From Horticoccus luteus (lineage in GTDB: Bacteria; Verrucomicrobiota; Verrucomicrobiia; Opitutales; Opitutaceae), in the NCBI RefSeq assembly GCF_019464535.1, contig NZ_CP080507.1, forward strand, positions 1,650,001 through 1,682,000: a stretch of DNA of 32,000 bases, given 5' to 3'. A model generated the notes under the pieces. The model searched no databases. It was not told where the DNA came from and was given only the letters and a program-made list of their open reading frames with translations. A program made the position numbers and the translations under genes. Below are positions 7,841 to 15,936 of the stretch, piece after piece; position 1 is the stretch's first letter; each line of letters begins with the position of its first letter.

Positions 7841-10428
7841 ACAAACGCTCCTCCCCGCTTCGCCGCTGGCTCATTGCCGGCGTCATTCTCGCCCTCGTCC
7901 TCGGTGCCGGCTACTATTTCGGCCGCTACCACGCCCTGCCGGCTTACAGGGAATGGCGGGCCGCCAAGCTGCAAAAACTGGCGAACGACTACTTCGCGAA
8001 GGGGGACTATGACAGTGCGCTGCTCACTGCGCGGCAGATCCTGCGCACTGACAAACGCAACGATGCGATGTGGCGCCTCGCGGAAAAGAGCGCGAACGCC
8101 AAGCAGTTGCCGGAAACGGTCTATTACCAACGCGAGCTCGCCAAGCTCGACAAGACTTTGGACAGCCAGCTCGAGTATATCCGCCTGGCCTTGCATTACG
8201 ACCTGCTGCGGGAGGCGCTCGATGGGGTGAACAAGGTGGGTGCCGCCGGGCGGGACAGTGCGGACTTTCATGACTTGGCGGCCCAAGTCTATCTCCGGAT
8301 CGGCAAACCGACCTCGGCCCGCGTGCACCTCTATTCACTCGTGCAGCTGCGGCCGGACGACGGTGCGGCGCAGCTCGAACTCGATAGCGTCGAGATGAAT
8401 GCGGACGACGAGCGCCAAGATAAGGCGCTGCGGGAGCGCGTGCAAAAACTCGCGCAACAGCCGGCGTTGCGGGCGCGGGCTTACACGTTGCTCCTGAAAG
8501 ATGCGCTGCGCGCCAAGAACGCGGCGGAGGCGGAAGACTACGCGCAGAAACTGATCGCGAGCGAGGGGACGGATGCGCAGCAACAAGTCCTCGCGCTGGA
8601 AGGCCTCAGGCTGAAGGATGGGGCGAAGGCGGCGGCTTATCGCGCGAAGCTGGAAACGGCGTTCGCCAATTCGCCCGATGACGCCGCGGTGCTGACCGAG
8701 TATTATTCCCGCGCCGGCGAGGGTAAAGAGGCGCTGCGGTGGGCGAAGACGCTGCCGGACAAGACGAAGGCGGCGCCTGAATTTCAGCGCGCGCTCGCCG
8801 ACGCCTATATCTCTTTGCGCGACTGGAGCGGGCTCAACACTCTCGTCTCGACGGCGCAATGGGGCGACCGGGAGTATTTGCGTTACGCGTATTTGAGTTA
8901 TGCCGCGCGCGGAGCGGGCCGGATCGCGGATGCGACCACCTCGTGGAAGATGGCGGTGATTCGAGCCGGCGACAGTGCGCGCGAGACGTCGGACTTGCTG
9001 AGTCGTATCATCGACTGGGGCTGGGACCAGGAAAAATACGATCTCATCTGGAAACTATTCGAATTGATGCCGCGCAATGAAGCGATCGCGCGACAATTGA
9101 TCGTGTGGGAGCGGACGCAGGGCCATACGGCGAATTTGAACCGCATTTTCGCGCGGCTGTTTGAACTGGATCCGGAAGACCGCGTGGCGCGCAACAATTT
9201 CGCCTACACGAGCCTGCTGCTGGACTCGAACCTCGCCCAGGCCTACGCGCTCTCGCGCGAAAATTATCTATCGGAGCCGCACAATCCGTATTACGTGACG
9301 ACGCAGGCGCTCGCGCTGCAGAAGCAAGGCAAGTCGGCCGACGCGCTCGCGCTCATCGAATCGCTGCGACCGGCGGAGTTGAGCGAACCCGAGCGGATGT
9401 TGTGCCGCGCCCTCATTCACGCGGCAAACGGCGACGCGCTCGGGGCGCAGAATTTGCTGACGGGGACGGATCTGCGCAACATGCTCCCGGAAGAAAAGGG
9501 GCTGGTGAAGGATACGCGCAACCGCATCGCCAAGATCGAGCAGGAGCAGGGGCGCGCCTCTCAGCTCTACGCGATCCAAGAGTCGGGATCGGTCAACCAC
9601 GCGGAAGGCTGGTTGCCCGCCGTGACGGAGTTGTCGCGCGACAACGCGCCGAAGGATCTGCTGCTTGCGGATTCGCTCTTTGCGGCTCGCGATTGGAAGG
9701 GCCTGACGGAGCTGCTCAACACCACCGATTGGGGACGCAACGACAGTATTCGTCTCGCGCTTCTCGCTTATCTGGCGCGGCAGAACAAGGACGAGGGCAC
9801 GGCGCGAACACAGTGGCGGCGAGCGCTGACGCTGGCCGGACGCGATGTGAGCAAGCTGCATCCGCTCGCCGAACTCGCGACCGCGTGGAACTGGCGTGTC
9901 GAGCGCCTCGAAGCATGGGATCGGTTGTTTGAACGCATGCCGGATGACACCGGCATCCTGAAAGAACTGCTGGCCTATCACCGCGCCGCCGGCCGCACGG
10001 GTGACATGGTGCGAATCTTGGATGGCTATTTCGCCGGCCACCCTGAGGGAGGCCCGGAGATGGCGCATTTTGCGTATTACAGCATGTTGAGCGGCATCAA
10101 CGTGACGCGGGCCTATTTGAATGCGAAGAAGGCTTACGAGGCCTCACCGGAGAACCTGGATGCCCGCGTGGTTTACGCGTTCTCGCTCTACCAGCAGAAG
10201 CGATCGGATGAAGCGTGGAAGCTCGTGGAAAACGTGCCGGCGACGGGAGATTCCGTGGTGCCGGTCGCACTCGTGCGAGCGGCGGTTCTAACGGATCTCA
10301 ATCGTCCTTCCGAAGCGCGCCAGGCTCTCGCCAATTTCAAGCCCGAGCACGCGCTGCCGGAAGAAGTCACTCTGGCGGGAAGCCTGCGGCGAAAGCTCGC
10401 GGACGCGGGCGGTGCGGCCGGCAAGTAG
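7837..10428 (+). CDS. Membrane-anchored TPR-repeat protein, PrsT-like exosortase-system partner (863 aa)
   Basis: ATG 7837-7839 overlaps the exosortase TGA 7838-7840 (ATGA). N-terminus MNKRSSPLRRWLIAGVILALVLGAGYYFGRY gives one TM anchor. The rest is helical and A/L/R-rich with TPR-like periodicity (e.g. ANDYFAKGDYDSALLTARQILRTDKRN). The 147 codons upstream in the track ORF lie inside the exosortase gene in another frame and were rejected. Confidence 0.8.
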   Translation: MNKRSSPLRRWLIAGVILALVLGAGYYFGRYHALPAYREWRAAKLQKLANDYFAKGDYDSALLTARQILRTDKRNDAMWRLAEKSANAKQLPETVYYQRELAKLDKTLDSQLEYIRLALHYDLLREALDGVNKVGAAGRDSADFHDLAAQVYLRIGKPTSARVHLYSLVQLRPDDGAAQLELDSVEMNADDERQDKALRERVQKLAQQPALRARAYTLLLKDALRAKNAAEAEDYAQKLIASEGTDAQQQVLALEGLRLKDGAKAAAYRAKLETAFANSPDDAAVLTEYYSRAGEGKEALRWAKTLPDKTKAAPEFQRALADAYISLRDWSGLNTLVSTAQWGDREYLRYAYLSYAARGAGRIADATTSWKMAVIRAGDSARETSDLLSRIIDWGWDQEKYDLIWKLFELMPRNEAIARQLIVWERTQGHTANLNRIFARLFELDPEDRVARNNFAYTSLLLDSNLAQAYALSRENYLSEPHNPYYVTTQALALQKQGKSADALALIESLRPAELSEPERMLCRALIHAANGDALGAQNLLTGTDLRNMLPEEKGLVKDTRNRIAKIEQEQGRASQLYAIQESGSVNHAEGWLPAVTELSRDNAPKDLLLADSLFAARDWKGLTELLNTTDWGRNDSIRLALLAYLARQNKDEGTARTQWRRALTLAGRDVSKLHPLAELATAWNWRVERLEAWDRLFERMPDDTGILKELLAYHRAAGRTGDMVRILDGYFAGHPEGGPEMAHFAYYSMLSGINVTRAYLNAKKAYEASPENLDARVVYAFSLYQQKRSDEAWKLVENVPATGDSVVPVALVRAAVLTDLNRPSEARQALANFKPEHALPEEVTLAGSLRRKLADAGGAAGK

Positions 10429-10591
10429 TCAGCCTGCGGGGAGACGCGCGCACTTCGATGAGTGAAGCGCGTCGCCCGCGGCGCTCGGAACAAACACTTC
10501 CGCAGCGCGCGGCCGTAAGCAAGACCCGCGGGCGCCGATGCGCAGCAGCGCATGGGTGCCAACCGATTCGCCCGTCACACCATCCGCCGAA

Positions 10592-11491
10592 TCAAGTGGT
10601 GACGCGCGCCGGCCGCTCGGCCGTGGCTCGCGCGCGGGTGGCTTGGGCACGCAATTCGATGGCCTTGGCAACGGCGAGAAATTCATACGTCGCATGCAAG
10701 CGGGCAAAAATGTAGCCCGCGCGGCCATCGAGAAATCCGCCCTGCCAGAGGTAGACGTAGAAAAAACGCAGGGTCGGGCGGAAGGGGAGATGGCGGGCGA
10801 AACGCTTTAACGAGCGTCGCAGGCGCACGCGGCCGCTTTGGAGTGTCTGATCGCCCGCGGCGAACCAGCCCTCGACTTCGAGCCGTGCCTCCCAGTTGGA
10901 GTAGCGGTTGTGTTTCTCGATAAAGACATCGATCGAAGGAAAGGCGTAGTGATCCATTTCACAGGCGAGGCGCCCGGTCTCGCCGCGGACGATGATGTGC
11001 TCGTGCACCTCGTTATCGCCGCTCGCGGTGGGACCCTGAACGAGTCGCTCGTAGCGACCGAGCCGGTGTTTCAAGAGGCGCAAATTCCAGTTGGGATAAT
11101 AGGCGTGCTTCAGCCACTGGCCCATGAACATGAAACGTCGGTTGATCCAAAAGCCCGCGAGACCATCGCCATCGCGCGCGAGCAGCGCACGCAATTCGCC
11201 CTCCGTGCTGGGGGGCAACACTTCATCGGCGTCGAGAATGAGGACCCACTCGTGGCGGAAAGGGAGATGCTCGAGCGCCCAGTTCTTCTTCTTCGGCCAA
11301 GTGCCGTTGAAATGAAACTGCACCACTTGGGCGCCGGCGCGCTCGGCGATGGCGCAAGACTCGTCGGTGCTCTGCGAATCGACGACAAAAACTTCATCCG
11401 CCCAGCGCACGGAGGCGAGGCAGCGGGGAAGATTGGCCGCTTCGTTGCGGATGGGAATGATGATCGAGACAGGGACTTTCGTTGAGACCAC
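10592..11491 (-). CDS. Glycosyltransferase family 2 (WaaE/KdtX-like GT-A) (299 aa)
   Basis: VSIIIPIRNEAANLPRCLASVRWADEVFVVDSQSTDESCAIAE..., a DxD in VLILDADEV, and later RLLKHRLGRYE...VHEH. These are typical GT2 N-terminal Rossmann-like features. Confidence 0.85.
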   Translation of the reverse strand: MVSTKVPVSIIIPIRNEAANLPRCLASVRWADEVFVVDSQSTDESCAIAERAGAQVVQFHFNGTWPKKKNWALEHLPFRHEWVLILDADEVLPPSTEGELRALLARDGDGLAGFWINRRFMFMGQWLKHAYYPNWNLRLLKHRLGRYERLVQGPTASGDNEVHEHIIVRGETGRLACEMDHYAFPSIDVFIEKHNRYSNWEARLEVEGWFAAGDQTLQSGRVRLRRSLKRFARHLPFRPTLRFFYVYLWQGGFLDGRAGYIFARLHATYEFLAVAKAIELRAQATRARATAERPARVTT

Positions 11492-11520
11492 GGTGGAAAA
11501 GAATCGCAGGAGGACAGAGG

Positions 11521-11559
11521 ATTAAATGAAGCAAGGCCGCTCCGGGGAGACGGCCTTGC
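11521..11559 (-). terminator. Probable intrinsic terminator after PEP-CTERM gene 1
   Basis: 9-bp stem gcaaggccg (11531-11539) / cggccttgc (11551-11559) with an 11-nt loop. On the minus strand it is followed by TTCATTTAAT. Located 19 nt past the stop of CDS 11578-12270. Confidence 0.55.
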
Positions 11560-11577
11560 CGGACTGCTAAACCAGAA

Positions 11578-12270
11578 CTAGGCCGCCAAACCGCGCGCGG
11601 GTCGGTTCGAGCGAAGACGACGATACAGCACCAAACCGCCCAGCAGCGCGGCGCCGCAGATGGCGTAGGTGGAGGGTTCGGGAACTGGAGAGAAGGAGAC
11701 GTAGACCGCGCCTTTCACGACGGAAGCGCCCTCAGCGAGGTCGAACGTGGCCGAATCCATCAAGATGGAAAAGTTCACGTCGTAACCGGCGAACAAGACG
11801 GGCGCAGGTGGAGTAAAGGACACGGCAAATTGGTCAGGGACCAAGCCCGGCGAGTTCACCGTGTGATCGATCGTGAAGTTGAACTGGGAGAGCATGAGCG
11901 TCGCCAGGGAAGGCGAGCCCAGTTCAAGGCCGAGGTTGAACGTGGCATAGTGAGCGCCGGAGCCGATCAGGGTAGTGCCATTGGTGATCGTGAACAGGCC
12001 GACCTGAATCGGATCGCCTGACGTGACATTGGTGAAGGTGGCGTTGGTAAACACGATGGAGCTCTGGAAGGAGCCCGGCGCGGGCACGCCGGTTTTGAAG
12101 ACGGCGAAACTGCCGTCGCCCGCGTTGGTGACCGTGGTGTTGGCTTCGCTGAGATCGGTGAACGATCCCGTGGTATGACCGCTGAGCATCAATTGCGCGT
12201 GGGCGACTGAGCCCAGAAACGCCAGGGCCAGCCCGGCGGTGCCGATCCAAACATAGAGGCGCGTTTTCAC
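11578..12270 (-). CDS. PEP-CTERM sorting-domain protein, paralogue 1 (230 aa, GTG start)
   Basis: Signal peptide MKTRLYVWIGTAGLALAFLGSVAHA|Q. C-terminus VPEPSTYAICGAALLGGLVLYRRLRSNR is a PEP motif plus TM helix plus Arg-rich cluster. The start codon at 12268-12270 is GTG. Confidence 0.9.
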   Translation of the reverse strand: MKTRLYVWIGTAGLALAFLGSVAHAQLMLSGHTTGSFTDLSEANTTVTNAGDGSFAVFKTGVPAPGSFQSSIVFTNATFTNVTSGDPIQVGLFTITNGTTLIGSGAHYATFNLGLELGSPSLATLMLSQFNFTIDHTVNSPGLVPDQFAVSFTPPAPVLFAGYDVNFSILMDSATFDLAEGASVVKGAVYVSFSPVPEPSTYAICGAALLGGLVLYRRLRSNRPARGLAA

Positions 12271-12437
12271 TGTGGATGAGGTTTGAACTTTATGGTCGGA
12301 GCCGGAGTGGCTCCGTGAAACCCCGACCGGCCGCCTCAGCGTGAGTGCCTAATCCCGGGCTGATAAACTGACGGCCCGCGCCTGATACTGACATCAGAGA
12401 TTTTGGAACCGCACGGCGCGACGCGGGGCAACAGGCC

Positions 12438-12471
12438 AAAAAAAAGAGGCCGACTGTTTAGGTCGGCCTCT
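12438..12471 (-). terminator. Strong rho-independent terminator after PEP-CTERM gene 2
   Basis: 10-bp stem agaggccgac (12445-12454) / gtcggcctct (12462-12471) with a 7-nt loop. On the minus strand it is followed by a run of 8 T (complement of the A run 12438-12445). It lies about 20 nt past the stop at 12492. Confidence 0.85.
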
Positions 12472-12491
12472 TTGTTAAACAGCTTTACCAG

Positions 12492-13181
12492 TTAGGCGGT
12501 CAAAGCACGGCCCTTCGAACGAAAGCGCCGATAGATGACCAAGCCACCGAGCAACGCAGCACCGCAGAGGGCATACGTGGAGGGCTCCGGCACCGGCGTG
12601 AAGTGCACGTAAACGGCACCCGTCACTTGGGACGCTTCTTCGCCCAAGTTAAAGGACGACGGGCTCACGACCACGTCGAACCAGACCTTGTAGCCATCAA
12701 TCGTCGTCGAGGGCGGAGGAGTGAACGAGATGCTGTAAGCATCAGGCACGTTCGTGTAGTCCGGCAGATTCGGCGTGTGATTGAGCGTGAAGGCGAAATC
12801 GGACAACGCGAGCGATTGCGCGCTCGGCGAGGTCAGATCAAGGCCGAGGTGGAACACCGCGGAGTGGGCGCTGGAGCCGATCTTCGCAATGCCGTTGGTG
12901 ATGGTGAAGAGACCGACTTGGATCGCATCACCGGACGAGACGTTGCTGAACGTCGCGTTGTTGAAGACGATCGAGCTTTGGAACGAACCGTTGGCGGGAA
13001 TGCCGGTTTTGTAGACGGCGAAGCTGCCATCGCCGGCGTTGGTCACGGTCGTGTTCGCTTGGCTGAGATCATCGAACGAACCCGTGGTGTGACCGCTCAG
13101 CATGAGCTGGGCGTTCGCAGCGCAGGTTAAAGCCAGGCCCAAGGCCGCGGCTGGTAGTATAAAACGAAGGCGAGTGTTCAT
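12492..13181 (-). CDS. PEP-CTERM sorting-domain protein, paralogue 2 (229 aa)
   Basis: Signal peptide MNTRLRFILPAAALGLALTCAANA|Q. C-terminus VPEPSTYALCGAALLGGLVIYRRFRSKGR. The mature N-half is nearly identical to paralogue 1 (QLMLSGHTTGSF.DLS.ANTTVTNAGDGSFAV.KTG.PA.GSFQSSIVF.NATF.NV.SGD.IQVGLFTITNG). Confidence 0.9.
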   Translation of the reverse strand: MNTRLRFILPAAALGLALTCAANAQLMLSGHTTGSFDDLSQANTTVTNAGDGSFAVYKTGIPANGSFQSSIVFNNATFSNVSSGDAIQVGLFTITNGIAKIGSSAHSAVFHLGLDLTSPSAQSLALSDFAFTLNHTPNLPDYTNVPDAYSISFTPPPSTTIDGYKVWFDVVVSPSSFNLGEEASQVTGAVYVHFTPVPEPSTYALCGAALLGGLVIYRRFRSKGRALTA

Positions 13182-13347
13182 TGTGTCCCTAGTTGAGGTT
13201 ATTTAGACTTCTAGTTGACGGCCGAAAGAGAATGGCCGCGTGCCCTTACAATGATTCACAGGTCGCTGATAACAAGGCGCTTGTGCGGTTAAAACCCCTG
13301 ATCAGGCCATCAGGGTAACGATGACGAAAACGTAGGAACTGAGGGCA
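13182..13347. promoter_or_regulatory. Divergent intergenic region between PEP-CTERM gene 2 (-) and the 862-aa protein gene (+)
   Basis: 166 nt of lower GC between two divergently oriented starts, so it must carry both promoters. No convincing hexamers were found: the TTGACG/TACAAT pair has a 26-nt spacer. Confidence 0.3.
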
Positions 13348-15936
13348 GTGGGGCGGGTCGCGCCTTCCATGCATAACCAAGGGGGTTTAACCGGGCTGAT
13401 TTTTTGTGTGCTGATGGTCGCGGGCTTGGGTGATTTCGCGTTCGGAGCGGGAACCAAAAAAAGTGTCGCTACAGGCGACGCGCCGTCGACTTGGACGAGT
13501 GATGCGCGAGTTTTTTCGAGCTCAGCGGTTGCTTACTCAACGTTGCTCGCGACCCCTGCGGCGGGCGATCGCGCCACGTTGCGCGTGCTCACGGTAGAGG
13601 AGCGCGCCGGTGCTGCGCGGGAGAACGCATTGGTGCGCGTGCCGTTGTTTTTCGCCGAGGGAGAATGCCGTGAGCCGGGCGATGTCGTGATCGTCGACGC
13701 AGCCCAGCCGGGGCGCGCGCTCACGGTGCAAGCCGACGATGTGCGGCGCGGTCCCGACGGGGGTGTGAGCCGGATGCATCTGTGGTTCGAAGCGACGCTG
13801 CGGGCAGGTGAAAAAAAGCAATTTCTCCTGCGGCGGGGGGGCGACGAAGTCGCGAATCGCGGGGTGATTCCGGTGCACGCAACGGCGGATGGGATTGAAG
13901 TGAAGACGACACGGGGCGAGGTGGCGGTGGGGCGCGACGGTGGTCTGCGGCGCATCGTCGCCGGCAAGGAAGCTTGGGATTTTGGCGAAGCCGGTCTGAC
14001 GCCGAGCGTGCACATTACTTACTCCGACCATAGTGCGGGCGTGAAATTCGACGGCGTCCATCCTGCCAACCGCGCGGTGGCGTGGAGCGCCGGCCCGCTC
14101 TTCGTTAAAGTCGTCACGCGGATGGGCGACGACGAGGGCGCCCATCTCGAACAGACGCTGCGGATTTCCGGCGACGGGCGCGAGGTCGACGTGAGTGGGG
14201 CGGTGTTTCTGGGCGCACGCCAAGGCGGAAAGTTGGAGGAAAATTTGCTGCTCACGGGCGAAGGCCCCGCCAGGGCTCGTGTCACGCCGGTGCCGGCGGG
14301 CGTGCGGCCGGATTTGCGTAACGAGCACGCCTATGCGGTGGACGGGCTCGCGGGCGAGAGCGGGGGAAATCTCCTCGCCGTGCCGGTGGTCATCGGCGGC
14401 AGCAACGGCCGCTGGGCGGCGGAAGGGAAAACGGTTTCGTTGAGCGGCTTCCACGGGGTGAGCCGCGGCAAGGAGGAGCAAAAGACGCTGCGGGCTTTTT
14501 GGACGGAGGTTGCGTTGCTGCCCACGGCCGCCGAAACCGCGGGGGACCTGTGGCCCGTTTATCGCGCGGCGGTGCAGCCGCTCGTGGCGATCGTTGATGA
14601 ACCGGGCGTGGAGGTGGCCACCTTGCACGAAGCGCTCGCAAAAGTCGTGCGCTCCATGCGGCCGGTGAACTGGGCGCAGGAGGCGGGACGTTTTCACGTG
14701 CTTGGCGAAACCGAAAAGCGCGATGCGGTGTGGCGCAAACAGCCGTCGGCCGGCGAGAGCGATGCCGCGCGATTGGTGGAGCGGGCGAAAGCCGCGACGG
14801 CGCGTCTGAATCCGGAAGGGTGGGCGAAGTTAAAGCAAGATGAGAAGAGCCGCGCCTCCGGGCCGCTCGATCCGTATCACTTGACTTACACGCTCTCCGC
14901 CGGCGCCGCCCTGAGCGCATTGGGCGACGCGCCGCCGCGGGTCGGCGAAGCGATTCGCGCGATGGCTGAAGCGTCGCGCGAGTATCTCGGGCGGGCGGAT
15001 GCCGACGGCAGTCCGTATATCGATTGCTACAGCCGCGCGTTGAACATGCAGATGGGGCCGATGCTGTTCGGGCTGGCGGCGTCCGCGGAGGGGAGCGATG
15101 CCACGCTCACGCGATTCTACCGCGATCTGGCCACGACGCCCGTGATGCTGGGCGTTTTCGGTCGGGGCGAACGGCCTTACGTGGCCACGCGCCGCAACAA
15201 GCCCGATTACACGGACTATCTTTACCAGGCGATTTCCGACTTCTGGTTGCGCACGGCGGAGTTGCTGGCGCACGAAAACCTGCAACTGCATCCGCTGGCG
15301 TTTGGACGTTACACGGACTGCGTCGATGTGCTGGCCGATCGCTACCACGCGCTTGATCGCCGCGACAACGACGGCACGGCGGGTGAGGTGCGTGCGAATT
15401 TCTTCCGCGGGCAAGGACACACGCATCGGTGGCTCGGCTGGTCCTGCGCGCCGTTCATCCGCTTGCTCGCGGATCCCGCGGAGAAATCGCAGGTGGGTTT
15501 GACGGAAGCGATCCGCTACGCGCGCTCTCGCGCTGAGCGCTGGAATAACTGGCCGGATCTGACCTTCTATTTACTCACGGATCTGATGACGCGCCAGCTC
15601 CCGGACGGCAGCGCACCCGCGCTTCCACCGCGTCCCAACGGAGTTCGCGCACGAGTCACCGCGCAGGGAACAGAGCTCTCCTGGGGCGCGGTGAGCGCGG
15701 CGGTGAGTTATCGGATCTACCGGGCGGATGAGAGCGGTGGGCCGTGGATTTGGTTAAATTCGCCCTATGCGGGCAAAGCCGTGGCGCCGACGAGTGAAAC
15801 GGTTTTTGCCGATAGCGCCGGCGGGGCGGGCAAGTTTTACGTCGTGCTCAGTGTCGATGCGAGCGGACGAGCGAGCGCGTGGCCCCTCGATGCACCGTGC
15901 GCGGTGGAGGCGACGGCGGCGGCGAGGGCGAAATAG
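13348..15936 (+). CDS. Secreted hypothetical protein with a C-terminal fibronectin-III-like domain (862 aa from GTG 13348; alternative ATG 13369)
   Basis: N-terminal hydrophobic segment LTGLIFCVLMVAGLGDFAFGAG (signal or anchor). Beta-rich N-part, helix-rich middle (e.g. LDPYHLTYTLSAGAALSALGD...IDCYSRALNMQMGPMLFGLAAS). Fn3-like end: VRARVTAQGTELSWGAVSAAVSYRIYRADESGGPW...KFYVVLSVDASGRAS (about 15630-15890). Strong GC3 bias. Function not recognised; a polysaccharide-active enzyme is only a guess from context. Confidence 0.75.
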   Translation: MGRVAPSMHNQGGLTGLIFCVLMVAGLGDFAFGAGTKKSVATGDAPSTWTSDARVFSSSAVAYSTLLATPAAGDRATLRVLTVEERAGAARENALVRVPLFFAEGECREPGDVVIVDAAQPGRALTVQADDVRRGPDGGVSRMHLWFEATLRAGEKKQFLLRRGGDEVANRGVIPVHATADGIEVKTTRGEVAVGRDGGLRRIVAGKEAWDFGEAGLTPSVHITYSDHSAGVKFDGVHPANRAVAWSAGPLFVKVVTRMGDDEGAHLEQTLRISGDGREVDVSGAVFLGARQGGKLEENLLLTGEGPARARVTPVPAGVRPDLRNEHAYAVDGLAGESGGNLLAVPVVIGGSNGRWAAEGKTVSLSGFHGVSRGKEEQKTLRAFWTEVALLPTAAETAGDLWPVYRAAVQPLVAIVDEPGVEVATLHEALAKVVRSMRPVNWAQEAGRFHVLGETEKRDAVWRKQPSAGESDAARLVERAKAATARLNPEGWAKLKQDEKSRASGPLDPYHLTYTLSAGAALSALGDAPPRVGEAIRAMAEASREYLGRADADGSPYIDCYSRALNMQMGPMLFGLAASAEGSDATLTRFYRDLATTPVMLGVFGRGERPYVATRRNKPDYTDYLYQAISDFWLRTAELLAHENLQLHPLAFGRYTDCVDVLADRYHALDRRDNDGTAGEVRANFFRGQGHTHRWLGWSCAPFIRLLADPAEKSQVGLTEAIRYARSRAERWNNWPDLTFYLLTDLMTRQLPDGSAPALPPRPNGVRARVTAQGTELSWGAVSAAVSYRIYRADESGGPWIWLNSPYAGKAVAPTSETVFADSAGGAGKFYVVLSVDASGRASAWPLDAPCAVEATAAARAK

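Noticed and set aside
10538-10553. Hairpin atgcgc-agca-gcgcat between the convergent TPR and GT2 genes; also an imperfect stem around 10446-10470
   Set aside because: The stems are short or bulged and there is no flanking T-tract on either strand. That is not enough to call an intrinsic terminator.
13215-13252. Sigma-70-like TTGACG (13215-13220) and TACAAT (13247-13252)
   Set aside because: The spacer is 26 nt, which is incompatible with a canonical 17 +/- 1 nt promoter. The promoter consensus for this lineage is also unknown to me.
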